64,000 nucleotides of DNA from Octopus vulgaris (Eukaryota): positions 1,054,001 through 1,118,000 of the forward strand of contig OX597815.1 in NCBI GenBank assembly GCA_951406725.2, given 5' to 3'. This document shows positions 38,461 through 50,553 of this stretch, piece after piece (position 1 is the first letter of the stretch; each line of letters begins with the position of its first letter). The notes under the pieces were generated by a model. That model was not told where the DNA came from, made no database searches, and was given only the letters and a program-made list of their open reading frames with translations. The position numbers and the translations under genes are program-made.

Positions 38461-41400
38461 TAAGGCGGTTAGGTGATGAAGTCCATCATCTCTCCGGCAG
38501 CGCCTGCAGTCCAGTCGTGGCTAGGATGTGTCATCCTGCGTCCCTCCTGGCTAAATCGGCTGGACCGAGAGGGGGATCCTGGGCTTGGGCATCCCAAGGC
38601 CTCCACAGTTCTTTTGCCCAAGATTCAGTGACTCCACCCCCTCTACTTCTTCTTCCAAGTCCTGTGGCGATGGGCGAGTGCTGACGGTGGCAGGTGTAGG
38701 ATGGCGCTGAGAGCTGCTAGCCATGGGCCTGCTCTCGGGTGGTTAGGGCAGGGTGGTCGTTCTGCAGCCTGCCGGGGCAAGGTCATAGTTCGGCAGCCAC
38801 TCTGACGTTGGAGCAGCCCTCTTCAGGGATAGCACTGCTCCCCCCTTAGGGGAAAGGGCCTAAAAAAGGTGACCGAAAGAAAGCTTGCCTCATCTCATCC
38901 TGTCAGCATACCGCAGCTGACTGGTGGTCTACCACGCGGTCGAAACATGAAAGAAATACGAAAGAAGAACCCAAAATCCTCCCGCCGGAAAAGCACTTTA
39001 TGTGTTGGATCCTGGAACATCAGGACACTCGTGAACAACCAAAACTGTGACAGACCAGAACGTCGAACAGCATTTGTAGGTCGTGAACTGAAGAGATACA
39101 GCATTGATGTTGCTGCCCTTAGCGAGACACGCCTTTCCGACACAGGGGAGATCACCGAGGCTGGAGCTGGATGCCCTTTCTTTTGGTCAGGGAAGGCAAC
39201 GGATGAACGCAGGGAAGTAGGAGTTGGCTTTGCCATTCGCACCGCCCTCGTCAAGAACCTGGAGTCCCTCACAAGAGGAATTAGCGACCGCCTGATGGTG
39301 ATGATAATTCCTCTCCAAGGCAAGATTCATGTGACACTCATCAGTGCTTACGCCCCCACCGTGACCTACACTCTGGAGCAGAGAGAGCTGTTCTATCAGA
39401 ACCCCACCAAAGTGCTACGGTCAGTTCCTAAAGACGACAAGCTGCTGATACTCGGGGATTTCAATGCCCATGTAGGCAGAGATGCCCAGTCTTGGCCAGA
39501 TGTCATCGGACATGAGAATACCAATGGTCAACTGCAACTCACCTTCTGCGCTGAACAGAGACTCACAATCACCAATACCTTGTATCAACTGCCTTACACA
39601 TCCACAAGGCTACCTGGATGCACCCAAGATCCAAGCATTGGCACCTGATTGACTATGTGATCACCAGGCGCCGTGACATCTAGGATATTCACACCACTAG
39701 GGCAATGAGGAAAGCTGACTGCTGGACAGATCACCTGCTGTTGAGGTGCAGACTGTCCTTTTTCCATCGTCAGCAGACACAGACGCCAGAAAGCTGATGT
39801 TAAAAAGAAACTGGACGTCCAGAAACTCAATGAACCAAAAACGGAAGGAACCCTCGTTGCCAACCTTGCGAACCAGTTTGAACATCTGCCAGGAGAGGGA
39901 AACCTTGAGAAGGCCTGGGCGAACTTCCGGGATGCAGTGTATGACTCTGCCAACCTTACCCTTGGCCACGCAAAACGGAAACACCAAGACTGGTTTGACA
40001 ACAACAAGGAGATCACCACCCTCCTCCAGGAGAAGAAAGAAGCATTCACAGCCTGGCTCAACGGCAAAGACTTCCAAGCCAAGCACGATCGCCTCCAGAA
40101 CATCAGAGGAATGGTACAGACTGAGCTGCGACAGATGAAAGACGAGTGGTGAGAAAACAAGGCTGCAGAACTACAGCAGTGTGCAGACGAGCACAACTCG
40201 AAGAAGTTCCTTGCCGGCCTGAAAGACGAGTATGGCCCCACGCTAAATGCAATGGCACCTGCGTGCTCTGCCGATGGAACCCTGCTTACTGAGAAGAGTG
40301 ACATCATACAGCGATGGAGTGAACACTTCAGTCAGGTACTACACAGACCTTCCCAGATAGACAAGCAGGCCATCCAAGACATTCCACAGCGCCCAGTCCT
40401 GGTGTTGCTTGATGACCCCCAAAACTGGCAGAAATCCAGAAGGCCATCAAGCAACTACATGTGGGGAAAGCACCTGGTCCTGACGGAATACCCCCAGAGA
40501 TCTTCAAAGAGGGAGGTGAAGCTGTTGCCATCGAGTTGACTGAGCTGATACAGCAGTTCTGGTACGAAGGGTCAGTGCCGCAGGACTTCAAGGATGCCAA
40601 CATCGTGCATCTGTACAAGAACAAGGGGATATAGTTTCATGTGACAACCACAGAGGCATCTCATTGCTGAGCATCGCAGGAAAGATCATGGCCCGTGTTT
40701 TTCTGAACCGCATCACACACCACCTGCTGGACGACGTGGTCTCAGAGAGCCAGTGTGGATTTAGAAACAACAGGGGGACAATAGACATGGTCTTTGCAGT
40801 ACGGCAGATACAAGATAAGTGCCGAGAACAAAACCAGAACCTCTTCATCCTCTTCGTGGACCTGACGAAGGCTTTTGACACTGCCAGCTGAGAGAGCCTG
40901 TTGGATATCTTGTCCAAGCTAGGCTGCCCACCAAAGCTCATGAGGATCATCCAGTCATTTCATGATGGCATGATGGCTCGCATGGTGGAAAACGGAGATG
41001 TCTCTGGTCCATTCCCGGACTCCAATGGCGTGAAGCAAGGACGCGTGAAGGCTCTCACACTCTTCAGCCTCATGTTTACCACCATGCTCTTCCGCGCCCT
41101 GTCAAAGTCTGATGCTGATGTCACTATTCGCTACAGATGTGACGGCCGATTCTTTGACCTCAGACGTCTGAAGGCAAAAACCAAAGTCTTGGACGCCCTA
41201 GTGAGAGACTTCCTGTTTGCAGACGATTGTGCGCTTGCGGCATTGAATGAACCAGACCTGAAAGAACTTGCCACTTGTCTCGCAGAAGCAGCAAAAGCCT
41301 TCGGACTGACCATTAGCCTGCGAAAAACTGAAGTGATGCTTCAGCCTGCACTTAGCCTAACACCTCCTGAGCCTCATATTGAGATTGAGGGCACAACTCC

Positions 41401-42150
41401 GAACAATGTGGAGAACTTTACATACCTGGGAAGATGTCTCCATGAGGCTTGCAAAAACAGAAGCTTCGTTTGGCAGACTTTGGACACGTGTGTGGGCCGA
41501 ACGAGGCATCAGACTTTCCACCAAGCTGGCAGTCTATAGGACCATCGTCATCACCTCTCTGCTCTACGGCTGCAGGACGTGGACGCTGTATAGGAGGAAA
41601 ATGTGAGTACTTGACCAGTTCCACCTCCGCTGCTTGCGACGAATCACGAGAATTTCCTGGGAGGACAGAGTCTCCAACACTGAGGTGCTTCGCAGAGCCG
41701 AAATGTCCGGGATGGAGCCCTCATCATGAAGGCCCAGCTCCCGTGGGTCGGACATGTAGTCCGAATGGACGACACGCGTCTACCAAAGATGATCTTCTTC
41801 TCTGAGCTGGCTTCTGGAGCAAGAAACCCTGGAAGGCCACTGAGGCGATACAAGGACAGCCTGAAAACTTCCCTTGAGGCCTGCGGCATTTCAGCCCGTG
41901 GCTGGGAATCGCTTGCCTCTGACCGCGGTGCCTGGCGTCCAGCTGTCCAAAAGGGTGTTGGGCTGTTCGAGGAAAAGCGCCCCAAGGGCCTAGACCAGAA
42001 GCGACAAGCCCGAAAAGAGAGGATCCCCAACCCTACTTCTGCTGTTACGTGCCCAACATGTGACCGCGTTTGCGCGTCTGCCTTTGGGTTCCGTTCTCAC
42101 TTCCGGCGTCACTGACGTCATTGTCGAACCCCGACAGACTTCCTTTATTC
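38461..42150 (+). mobile_element. Near full-length RTE/BovB-like LINE (APE + RT + C-terminal C2H2), inactivated
   Basis: GSWNIRTL, ALSETRL, SAYAPT, LGDFNAHVG, HLIDY, KAPGPDGIP, QCGFR, FVDLTKAFD, GVKQG, LFADDCAL, CPTC..HFRRH; several frameshifts and stops. Confidence 0.95.
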
Positions 42151-42159
42151 TTATTCCTC

Positions 42160-42445
42160 TGGGCATGGTCTAGTGGTTAAGACGTTGCACTCACGATAGC
42201 GAGATCGGGGTTTCAGTTCCTAGACCGGGCGATGCGTTGCGTTCTTGAGCAAGTCACTTCATATCCTGTTTGCTCCACTATCACTTTGACACCTGATTTG
42301 TGGTACAGCAATTACCTGTTCAGATGACGTTGATCTGATGGAGAACATTTAATCGCTATCAACAAATCCTTCGTGCAGGTTGGTCGGCAAAAGCTGAACA
42401 CTCCGCTGCTCCTACCGCGACCTCTCCGACGGCAGAGTCCAGCAT
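42160..42445 (+). mobile_element. tRNA-headed SINE (C-related)
   Basis: GGGCATGGTCTAGTGGTTAAG..GGTTTCAGTTCCTAGACCGGGCG head. Confidence 0.7.
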
Positions 42446-42469
42446 CGTCATTAATATTATTATTGTTTT

Positions 42470-42836
42470 ATTCTTTTACTTGTTTTAGTCTTTTGCCTGC
42501 GGCCATGCTGGAGCACCGCCATGAAGGTTTTAATTTTTAGTCGAACAAATCGACCCCAGGACTTATTTTTCAAGCCAAGTACTTATTCTATCGATCTCTT
42601 TTGCTAAGTTACGGGGACGTAGACACACCAACACCGGTTGTCAAACGGTGATGGGGAACAAATACGGATACAAGGACACACGCATAGATGTATACATATA
42701 TACACGATGGGCTTCTTTCAGTTTCCATCTACCAAATTCACTCACAAGGCTTTGGTCGATGCCACACAGTATGACTGAACCCGGAACCATGTGGTTGGGA
42801 AGCAAGCTTCTTACCACACAGCCACGCCTGAGCCTG
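42470..42836 (-). mobile_element. SINE family A
   Basis: Reverse complement of family A with a small internal deletion. Confidence 0.88.
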
Positions 42837-42945
42837 AAAAAATATGAAACGCTTCATGACTTTGTTTGTCATCCTTGCACAGGGGCCATACTCATATTTT
42901 CTGGATAGTTCCAATACCAGAACATGGATTGCCGAAAGGCAAGAA
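42837..42945 (-). pseudogene. U6: Full-length diverged U6 snRNA pseudogene
   Basis: Minus strand TTCTTGCCTTTCGGCA..ATTGGAAC..ATGGCCCCTGTGCAAGGATGACA..TGAAGCGTTTCATATTTTTT aligns along U6; the ACAGAGA box is mutated to CCAGAAA. Confidence 0.9.
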
Positions 42946-43142
42946 TCGTGAGCTCGCCGAGCACAATGCTTGGCGACATTTCATCCGTCTTTGCGTTCTG
43001 AGTTCAAATTCTGTCGAGGTCGACTTTGCCTGTCATCCTTTCGGGGGTCGATAAATTAAGTACCAGTTGGGCTCTGGGGATCGATGTTATCGACTCATCC
43101 CCTCTCCCAAACTTGCTGGCCTCGTGCCAAAATTTGAAGCCA
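42940..43142 (+). mobile_element. SINE family B (variant tail)
   Basis: GAGTTCAAATTC, GTCGACTTTGCCTGTCATCCTTTCGGGG. Confidence 0.8.
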
Positions 43143-43179
43143 TTATTATTATTATTATTATTATCATTATTATTACTTT

Positions 43180-43320
43180 TTTTTTTCTTCTTTCAAATTT
43201 GCTTCCAATTCTTGCCGAGTGTCTTCCTGACTCCTAGGGCAAAGAAACTCATAGTATACATTGGTAGGCCATTAAACCAAACTCAATAGTTCGTTCATTT
43301 TTTTAAAAATTAAAATACAT
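43180..43320 (-). mobile_element. Extra 3'UTR copy of the adjacent Dong-like element
   Basis: Near-identical to 43460-43620. Confidence 0.85.
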
Positions 43321-43416
43321 TTTTTAAAATTAAAATACATTTATTTTAAATTAAAATACATTTTTAAAAATTAAAATACATTTTTTAAAATTAAAATACA
43401 TTTTTTAAAATTAAAA

Positions 43417-43420
<4 letters not shown>
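43298..43420. repeat. ~20-bp minisatellite (TTTTTAAAATTAAAATACA) x5
   Basis: Read directly. Confidence 0.9.
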
Positions 43421-43454
<34 letters not shown>

Positions 43455-43455
43455 C

Positions 43456-43958
43456 TTGTTTTTTTTTCTTCTTCCAAATTTGCTTCCATTTCTTGCCGAG
43501 TGTCTTCCCGACTCCTAGGGCAGAGAAACTCATAGTATACATTGGTAGGCCATTAACCTAAACTCACTAGTTCGTTCATTTTTTTTTTTTTTGATAGAAA
43601 TAAAGTTAAATTAAAATACATGAGGTAGTAATAGTTCTCTCATCGACAATGCTCTTCTCAATACGTGTGATGTACCAATTAAGACAATCTTTTGCACTTC
43701 TTGCAGGGATGGTAAGCCAGGGATCATTCTCATATAATTTTCGGTTCCCTTCTTGATCATTCCTAGTGCTCCTACGATCACTGGTATTGTAACCGCCTTG
43801 AGATGCCACATTTTCTCAATTTCAATGAGTAGGTCTTTATATTTTCTGAGCTTGTCAAACTCTTTCGCTGAGATATTATGATCACAGGGGATGCTCATGT
43901 CGATCAATAAGCAAACTTTATTGTTTTGGTCTTTCACAACAATATCCAGTTTATTGGC

Positions 43959-43960
<2 letters not shown>
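43456..43960 (-). mobile_element. 5'-truncated R4/Dong-clade LINE inside (TAA)n
   Basis: ANKLDIVVKD, LIDMSIP, KLRKYKDL, VIVGALG, KIVLIGTSHVLRR; (TTA)n on both flanks. Confidence 0.9.
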
Positions 43961-44019
<59 letters not shown>

Positions 44020-44389
44020 CATTGTTATTATTATTATTATTACTGCTGTTGCCGATGGTGGTAGTGGTGGTCTAAGTACCAGTCAACCACTGAGGTCGAT
44101 ATAAACGGCATCATCTCCTCTCCTTCACCTTTATATCAAAAATTCTTATTGACCTCACCTTGTGATGATGAGGACTAAAACACACTGACCCCCCCCCCCA
44201 GCCAGTGGCTGTTTCAAGCCATGGCCTCAGCGATCGTCCAGCGACCCAACAAGTCAAACGGCTCGATTCTGATCTTTGTATTGCTCTTTAGAGGGCCGAG
44301 TGCAGGGATTTACCTGGGGCCGACAATGCAGTTAAGACGACCCAACCCGCCTCTATTTATTCTGTAGTGTCCACCACCACAGCTGACCT

Positions 44390-44758
44390 TTTAAGAACCT
44401 TGCTTCCCAACTAAATGGTTCCGGGTTCAGTCCCACTGCATGGCACCTTGGGTAAGTGTCTTCTACTATAGCGTCGCGTCGACCAAAGCCTTGTGAGTGG
44501 ATCTGGTAGACGGAAACTGAAAGAAGCCTATCGTGTGTGTGTGTGTGTGTGTATCTTTGGATGCGCTTTTGTATCAGTGTTTGACTCCACCACCGCTTGA
44601 CAACCGGTGTTGGTGTGCTTACGTCCCCGTAACCTTGCGAGATAGAACAAGTACCAGGTATATAATATTAGGTAGTAGAGGCAATTAGTTCGACTAAGCA
44701 CTTCAAGGCGGTGCCCCAGCGTGGCCACACTCTGATGACTGAAACGAGTTAAAGATAT
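44390..44758 (+). mobile_element. SINE family A
   Basis: Homology to the 9735 copy. Confidence 0.85.
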
Positions 44759-45438
44759 CAGCTGTAACCGCCGCCTCCCCCACCTCAGCGGGTCGATAAC
44801 ATAGCGTACCAGTCATATGCTAGGGTCGATGTGAAACTAATCAACTGTTCCCCACTTCCCTAAAACAGGAAGGGGGGTTGGTGATGGTGGTGACAGTGAT
44901 TGGTGGGAGTGGATGGGTTAGTTCAGGTCCAGGGGGTGGGGAGAAAAAATCCTTGTTGATGGTGGTGGTGGTGATGATGATGATGATGGAGGTGGTGGTG
45001 GTGGCGATGGCAACCAGACCCACGTGAACTTTGCAAACTCCTGTCTTAATTCGCCTCATCAAGGAGGAGGCATTCGTTCACCGAAAGAGTTCGTTGCAGC
45101 TAATTACAAATTAGAAATTGGAGCTATTTTGTTTGACACACAAACACACACATGCACACATACGTACACACGCATACACACACATACACACGCACGCACA
45201 CGTACACACGTATACATACATACATATGCAATATACATCCATCCATAAACATATATACACGTATATTCATATCTATATACACGCATATACACAGGCAAAT
45301 AGATATACATGTGTATATTTGTATACATATATGTGCATGCATGCATGTATGTATATATTTATGTATGCGTACACACACACACATGTGTGCGTGCGTGTGT
45401 GCTGGCCCTCAGCCAAATCCAGCAATAACGGTAAACGC

Positions 45439-45555
45439 GATGCATAAAAATAGAGAACGGTGTGTCTACAGACATCGACTGCTTTGAAAGGGGGACGGAT
45501 GGCCTTTAAAAGCAGTCGTTGTCTGTAGACACACCACTCTCTATTTTTATGAATC
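45439..45555. repeat. Inverted repeat, 53-bp arms, 11-nt spacer
   Basis: 45439-45491 pairs with 45503-45555, 5 mismatches. Confidence 0.9.
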
Positions 45556-46107
45556 ATGCTTGTGGCGGCGGCGGCGGTGGTAGTGGCGGTGGTGGTGGTG
45601 GTGGCGGCCGTTGTGGCGATGAAGGTGGTGGTGGTGAGGTGGGATGTCGCTGAAGGATGCCTTTAGGTGGTCTTTTAAAATATTTATAATAGCAGCCAAA
45701 TTCCTCTTTACTATCGTAGAAATCAGACGGATAGGCTGGATTGTGTAATCTGGATGTCTATGGCAAATGGAAAGCATAGAATGCTCTTCATGATAGGTCT
45801 GCCGGATCAGAGCTGACCTAGGGTTAAACAGCAACCAGAAATATACAGTTGCACATCCCTTGGGCAGTGTCACATTAAGAGAATGGCGACACACCTGAAC
45901 ACACACCTGTTGAGTACACCTGAACTAATTTGTGCATAGCTATTTAGTACGTTTCTGTTTGGTAGGCAAGAACACACACGTGTTTAGTACACCTGAATAT
46001 ATACATGATGGGTACAATTGAACTTATTATACCTGAACAAGTACCTGTTTCGTACACCTCAACTTTCATCTATTCAGTACACCTGAATAACAGGGTCTAA
46101 CTACAAA

Positions 46108-46144
<37 letters not shown>

Positions 46145-46194
46145 CACCCAGTGGACTTGCTTTCAATAAAAGTTTCTAGAAATAATTTAAACAG

Positions 46195-46950
46195 CCGCAA
46201 CTATTGAGTATCATACACATATATGGAAAAATAACAAACAGAAAGTGCATTTTCCCTTTTATATGGCAGTTATTTAATTCCAGAGTCTGTTATCAAAGTC
46301 AAATCATTTCAAAATACAACAATACATATTCAAAAACAAATTATTACAACTGATTCTTTTCAAAATACAGTATTACATGTTCCGAAATACGTTACTAGAA
46401 TCATATCATTTCAAGATTACGGACTCCGAGGTACATTCAAATCATTTCAAAATATATTATTAAACACTCCAAAGTCAATAATTACAAAAATACATAATTT
46501 GATATTTCAAAGTACATAATTACAAACCGGTTTCACTTCGTACAGAAGATGCTCATTGCAATGTTTGTGTGTAATGTCATGCTACTAGTCTTCATTTAAT
46601 ATGTAGTGCATCTACCGAAAGTACCTCCATTATAGACTCAGCGGGCCACAAGAGGGGTAATATTGTATACGTTAATAGCTCCAAATTGGGTAAATATTTG
46701 TACAATACGCAAGAGTCTAAAGGCAAATATATCTTGTAAATATTTTTTAAAATTAACTTGTAATAATGTATTTTGAAACAATTTGATGGTGATAATGTGT
46801 TTTTAATACATATTATTGTATTTTGAAATGATTTGACTGTAATAATATATTTTGCAATTTATTAACTGCAAAGCATAAAGAAAATGCATTTCCCTCCTTT
46901 TATCATTATTTTCCCTCCCAACTTGTATGGGATATTTTTAACATTCGCGC
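46195..46950. mobile_element. Old foldback/MITE-like element with long degenerate inverted arms and internal subrepeats
   Basis: AGTCAAATCATTTCAAAATACAA at ~46297 is mirrored at ~46816-46838; flanking arm sequence also aligns. Confidence 0.55.
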
Positions 46951-47134
46951 TCGCATGCGCATGTGTGCGTTAATGCGCGCGTGTATTTGGCAATATGTAT
47001 GGACAGGTTATTTTTCAACCTAGCGTTTATCTGTTACTTGTCACAGTCATTAGATTGCGCCCACACTGGGGCATCAACTTCAAGAATCTTTACTCGTACG
47101 AATCGACTGCGATACATTCTTTAAATGTGGTGCT

Positions 47135-47737
47135 TATTTATGGGATGAGCCAATGCATTAGCTCCCACCACTTTACATTATGTTCTTTATGCAGAAGAGG
47201 TCCACGAGATACATGCTTTTACATATTTTCCTTTTCCAAATTAATCAATGAGTCTCCGTCTATTGTTTCAATCGTTCTAGTGTCTGTTAAGAAGGAAGGT
47301 TCTGGTAAGTACTTCGACATAGCAGCACAACTTGCGAAAAATAGCAGCTAAATCTCTCTGAAATTATACTCTCAATACACGGTGTCTCGTAATAATGTGA
47401 CACATTTTATTAGTAATTCAAAGATCGAGAGTTCTCACCAAAGCTTGTTCCAGTTCTAAATACTTGTTCGTTTTCCAGACATTGTTTTTTTGTTGTTGTT
47501 TATCTCGAGAGGAAACAAAAAGTAAATAAAAAGATTGTTAGGGGATGAATAGTTAGTACATATATACACACATACATACATCCGATGACCGATGCAGACT
47601 TTGTAGAGCTAAACCCGAAGATAGCACCCACATCATAAGCAGTTGTCCTAAAATGTCATCATGGTATTATCAACCGATGAGACATGACGTTGTAGTAGCT
47701 AGGACACCCTAGAATGAAATCCCTTGGAAGGATAACC
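47135..47737 (+). repeat. Inverted duplicate of 62455-63054
   Basis: Near-identical reverse complement; both copies give the peptide MSQCISSHHFTLC.. Confidence 0.95.
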
Positions 47738-47994
47738 TTGTCATCTGTTGGTGTTTTCTCATTCCTCCCTACGCTTGCATCAGAATCACCCATTAAGTTA
47801 TTTTTGTAATGCTTTGGTATCGTAACCTGATCTTGAACTAACGTTTGATGGAAGTGGTGTTCGTCCAGAGCATCAGAAGGTAGAGTTGGTGCATAAACAT
47901 TGATACTCGTTCTGCAATGGATCGACGCTTAAGTTGCATCATTCGTCCGCTGATGCCAACTGGCAGGAGTGAACTGCGATCTAAACTCACTGTG

Positions 47995-50350
47995 TTGTTG
48001 TTGTTGTTGTCGTCGTGGTGGCTTTCCCTCTTTCTTCAGACGACAATAGTCTTCGTTCCAGTCCATGTTGGGTTGTTGGTGCACTCGAAGGTGGATGAAG
48101 AGACCAATTCGGGCTTTGAAGGATCTCCTGAAATGGTCAAGCTGTTCCTTGGGGGAGGTCTAGGCTGGCTTGGAGTTGCCTTTCATTCCTCCACTTTCTT
48201 CGTTTTTTTCTTCTTCTTCTTCCAGTTCTTCATATTTCTTTATCTTGAATGTTGTTGTTCCTTCACAGATGATGGATTTCAAGAAGTTTCAATCATTTGC
48301 CTTTTCTTCCCAGTTGTTGAAGTCGATTTTCCTGTTGACCTTCAACAGGTCCCTGTATCTTTTCTTCTGTCCTCCTTTTTTTCCTTTTCCTTCTTTTCAG
48401 CTGAGAATAGAAGATCTGTTTTGGTAAACGGTCATCGGACATTCCAGACATGCCCACTCCATCTCAGCTGACTCTTAATGATGTCAGCCTCGACGCTTGT
48501 AGTTTTGGCTGTTTTCAAATCGCTGACGGTTGTTCTGTCTTCTCAGCCAATGTTCAGGTTACTTCGAAGACATCTTTGATGAAACTTTTCCAACGTTTCC
48601 AATGGCAACGGTAAGTTGTCCTGGTTTCAGATGTATACAGGAATGTTGGGATGACTCCTGCTTCGTATACAACAATTTTGGTTTCGGTTCTGATGTCTTG
48701 AAATATTCTGTCGTAGAGACGGCCAAAGGCAGTTCCAGCACACTTCAGACGATGCTGAATCTCATTGCTCAGGTCAAGATTTGATGAGAGACGACTCCCA
48801 AGATAAGGAAAGTGGCCCACGCTTTCGAGGGTTGTTTCTCTGAGCATTAGCGTAGCTAGAGTGTGTGCCGCCCCCGGACCCCACAAAAAACCACATATTG
48901 CCTACAGCAAAAGTACCGCCCCTACTCGCCTCCTTCAGCTACGCTGGTGTCTTCAAGCTTGATTAATAGTTCTCTTCTGGCTGTGTCGTTTGGGGTTCGT
49001 TGGCACAGAATCTGGGTCCTCTTAGAGTTGACGGTGAGACCAAGAGTGTTGTATGCTCGGTTGAAGGCGATCAAGATCTGTTGAAGGTCTCGCTCCGAAA
49101 GAGCTGCAATGCAGTTTTCATCTGCATATTGGAACTTGATCAGGGAGGTAGGGGATATTTGGGTTTTGGACTTGAGACGGGCAAGGTTGAAGTTTCGATA
49201 CCTGATGAAAGATCTTCCTTAATGACGAGCAGGATGATAGCGATGAAGATGGCGAACAGTGTTGGGACAATTACACATCTCTGTTTTACTCCTGTTTTTA
49301 CTTGGGAAGGGTCTGATGTTCCTTGGTTGGCCAGGATAGTGGCAAACATGCCATCGTGGAAGAGTCTTAGAATGCAGATGAATTTCGGAGAGTATCCATT
49401 GGTAGAGAGTATATCCCAGAGTTCTCTTGACAAGGAATCGAACGCCTTGGTCAGATCAATGAAGGTCATGTACAGAGGTTAGAATTGTTCACGGCACTTT
49501 TCTTGGAGTTGACGCAAAGTGAAGATCATATCAATGGTTCTCTGGGATGGTCTAAACCCTGTTTGAGACTTCAGAAGAATTTTCTCAGCCAATGGTCTTA
49601 AGCGGTTGTTCATAATCCCTGCAAGTACCTTGCCATCGGTTGCCAACAAAGCGATTCCCCTGTAATTTCCACATTCAGACCATTCTCTCTTCTTCTTCTT
49701 GTAGATAGTCACGATGGCTGAATCTCTGAAGTCAGACGGTATTTCTTCATTGGTCCAAGGAGCTGGCGCAGTTGGTAATGGAGTAAGCTGCCGCTGATTT
49801 TGTAAATCTCTGAGGATCCCGTCCTGCCCAGCAGCACTGTTGTTAGCGATCCCTTTGGGCGCAGTTATCCAGACGTGGTGGAATGAAGCAGACTAATTTT
49901 AGGGCACCTTTTCTAGTTCCTTCCTAATTCAGGGTGAGCAGAGCGGATCCTAAATAGGGCTGTTTAGTAGTGAATATAGCTGCTGAGCACTTATCCTGCT
50001 TCTGTCCAAAAGATGAATGACTGCATCAAATATTCACGCTTTCATGCCAGTTTTTGACTGAGAGCTCCCAGCTACCACTTGGCTGCTCCCGTTGCCCGTC
50101 CCTTATCACTGAAAGATTTGAGGAATGCACTAACCGTACACAGATGCCTGACTGTGAATTTGTTTAGTGTGTAGTGTTGCACTCCAAGAAGCACACGGTC
50201 CTTCACAAATCATCTTGGTTCTCCAGTGGCATGGAGAACCAAGACGATTGGCGTTGATAGATTCATTGCAGCCTTCATCCACCTTCACAGCCATTGAGTT
50301 GATTCACAGACAACTTCCTCCGCCTGATCTACCGCTGAGGACTTGATTTG
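47995..50350 (-). mobile_element. Degenerate, internally deleted RTE/BovB-like LINE
   Basis: CGNYRGIALL, QTGFRP, FIDLTKAFD, GVKQRC, FPYLGS, KARIGLFIHLRVH; (CAA)n tail. Confidence 0.88.
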
Positions 50351-50501
50351 GATGTGGGCATCGACAGTTCAACCCCAACACACCAACTCAATCACATATT
50401 TACAAACACCGGGAAACTCTCTTCACTCAAAAAGTTTTGACGCTTTGTTAGCATCCAGCTTGGACTCTCTCAACAACAACTTAACATGCATACGTATGTG
50501 C

Positions 50502-50553
<52 letters not shown>

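Noticed and set aside
38500-38570. HDV-like ribozyme in the RTE 5'UTR
   Set aside because: Stems are simply nested; I could not build the P1.1/P2 double pseudoknot
42837-42945. Functional U6 snRNA gene
   Set aside because: The ACAGAGA box and AGC triad region are mutated, and the upstream position is occupied by a SINE rather than a promoter
45888-46090. CRISPR-like array
   Set aside because: Repeats are only ~11 bp, degenerate and irregularly spaced; eukaryotic context with no cas genes
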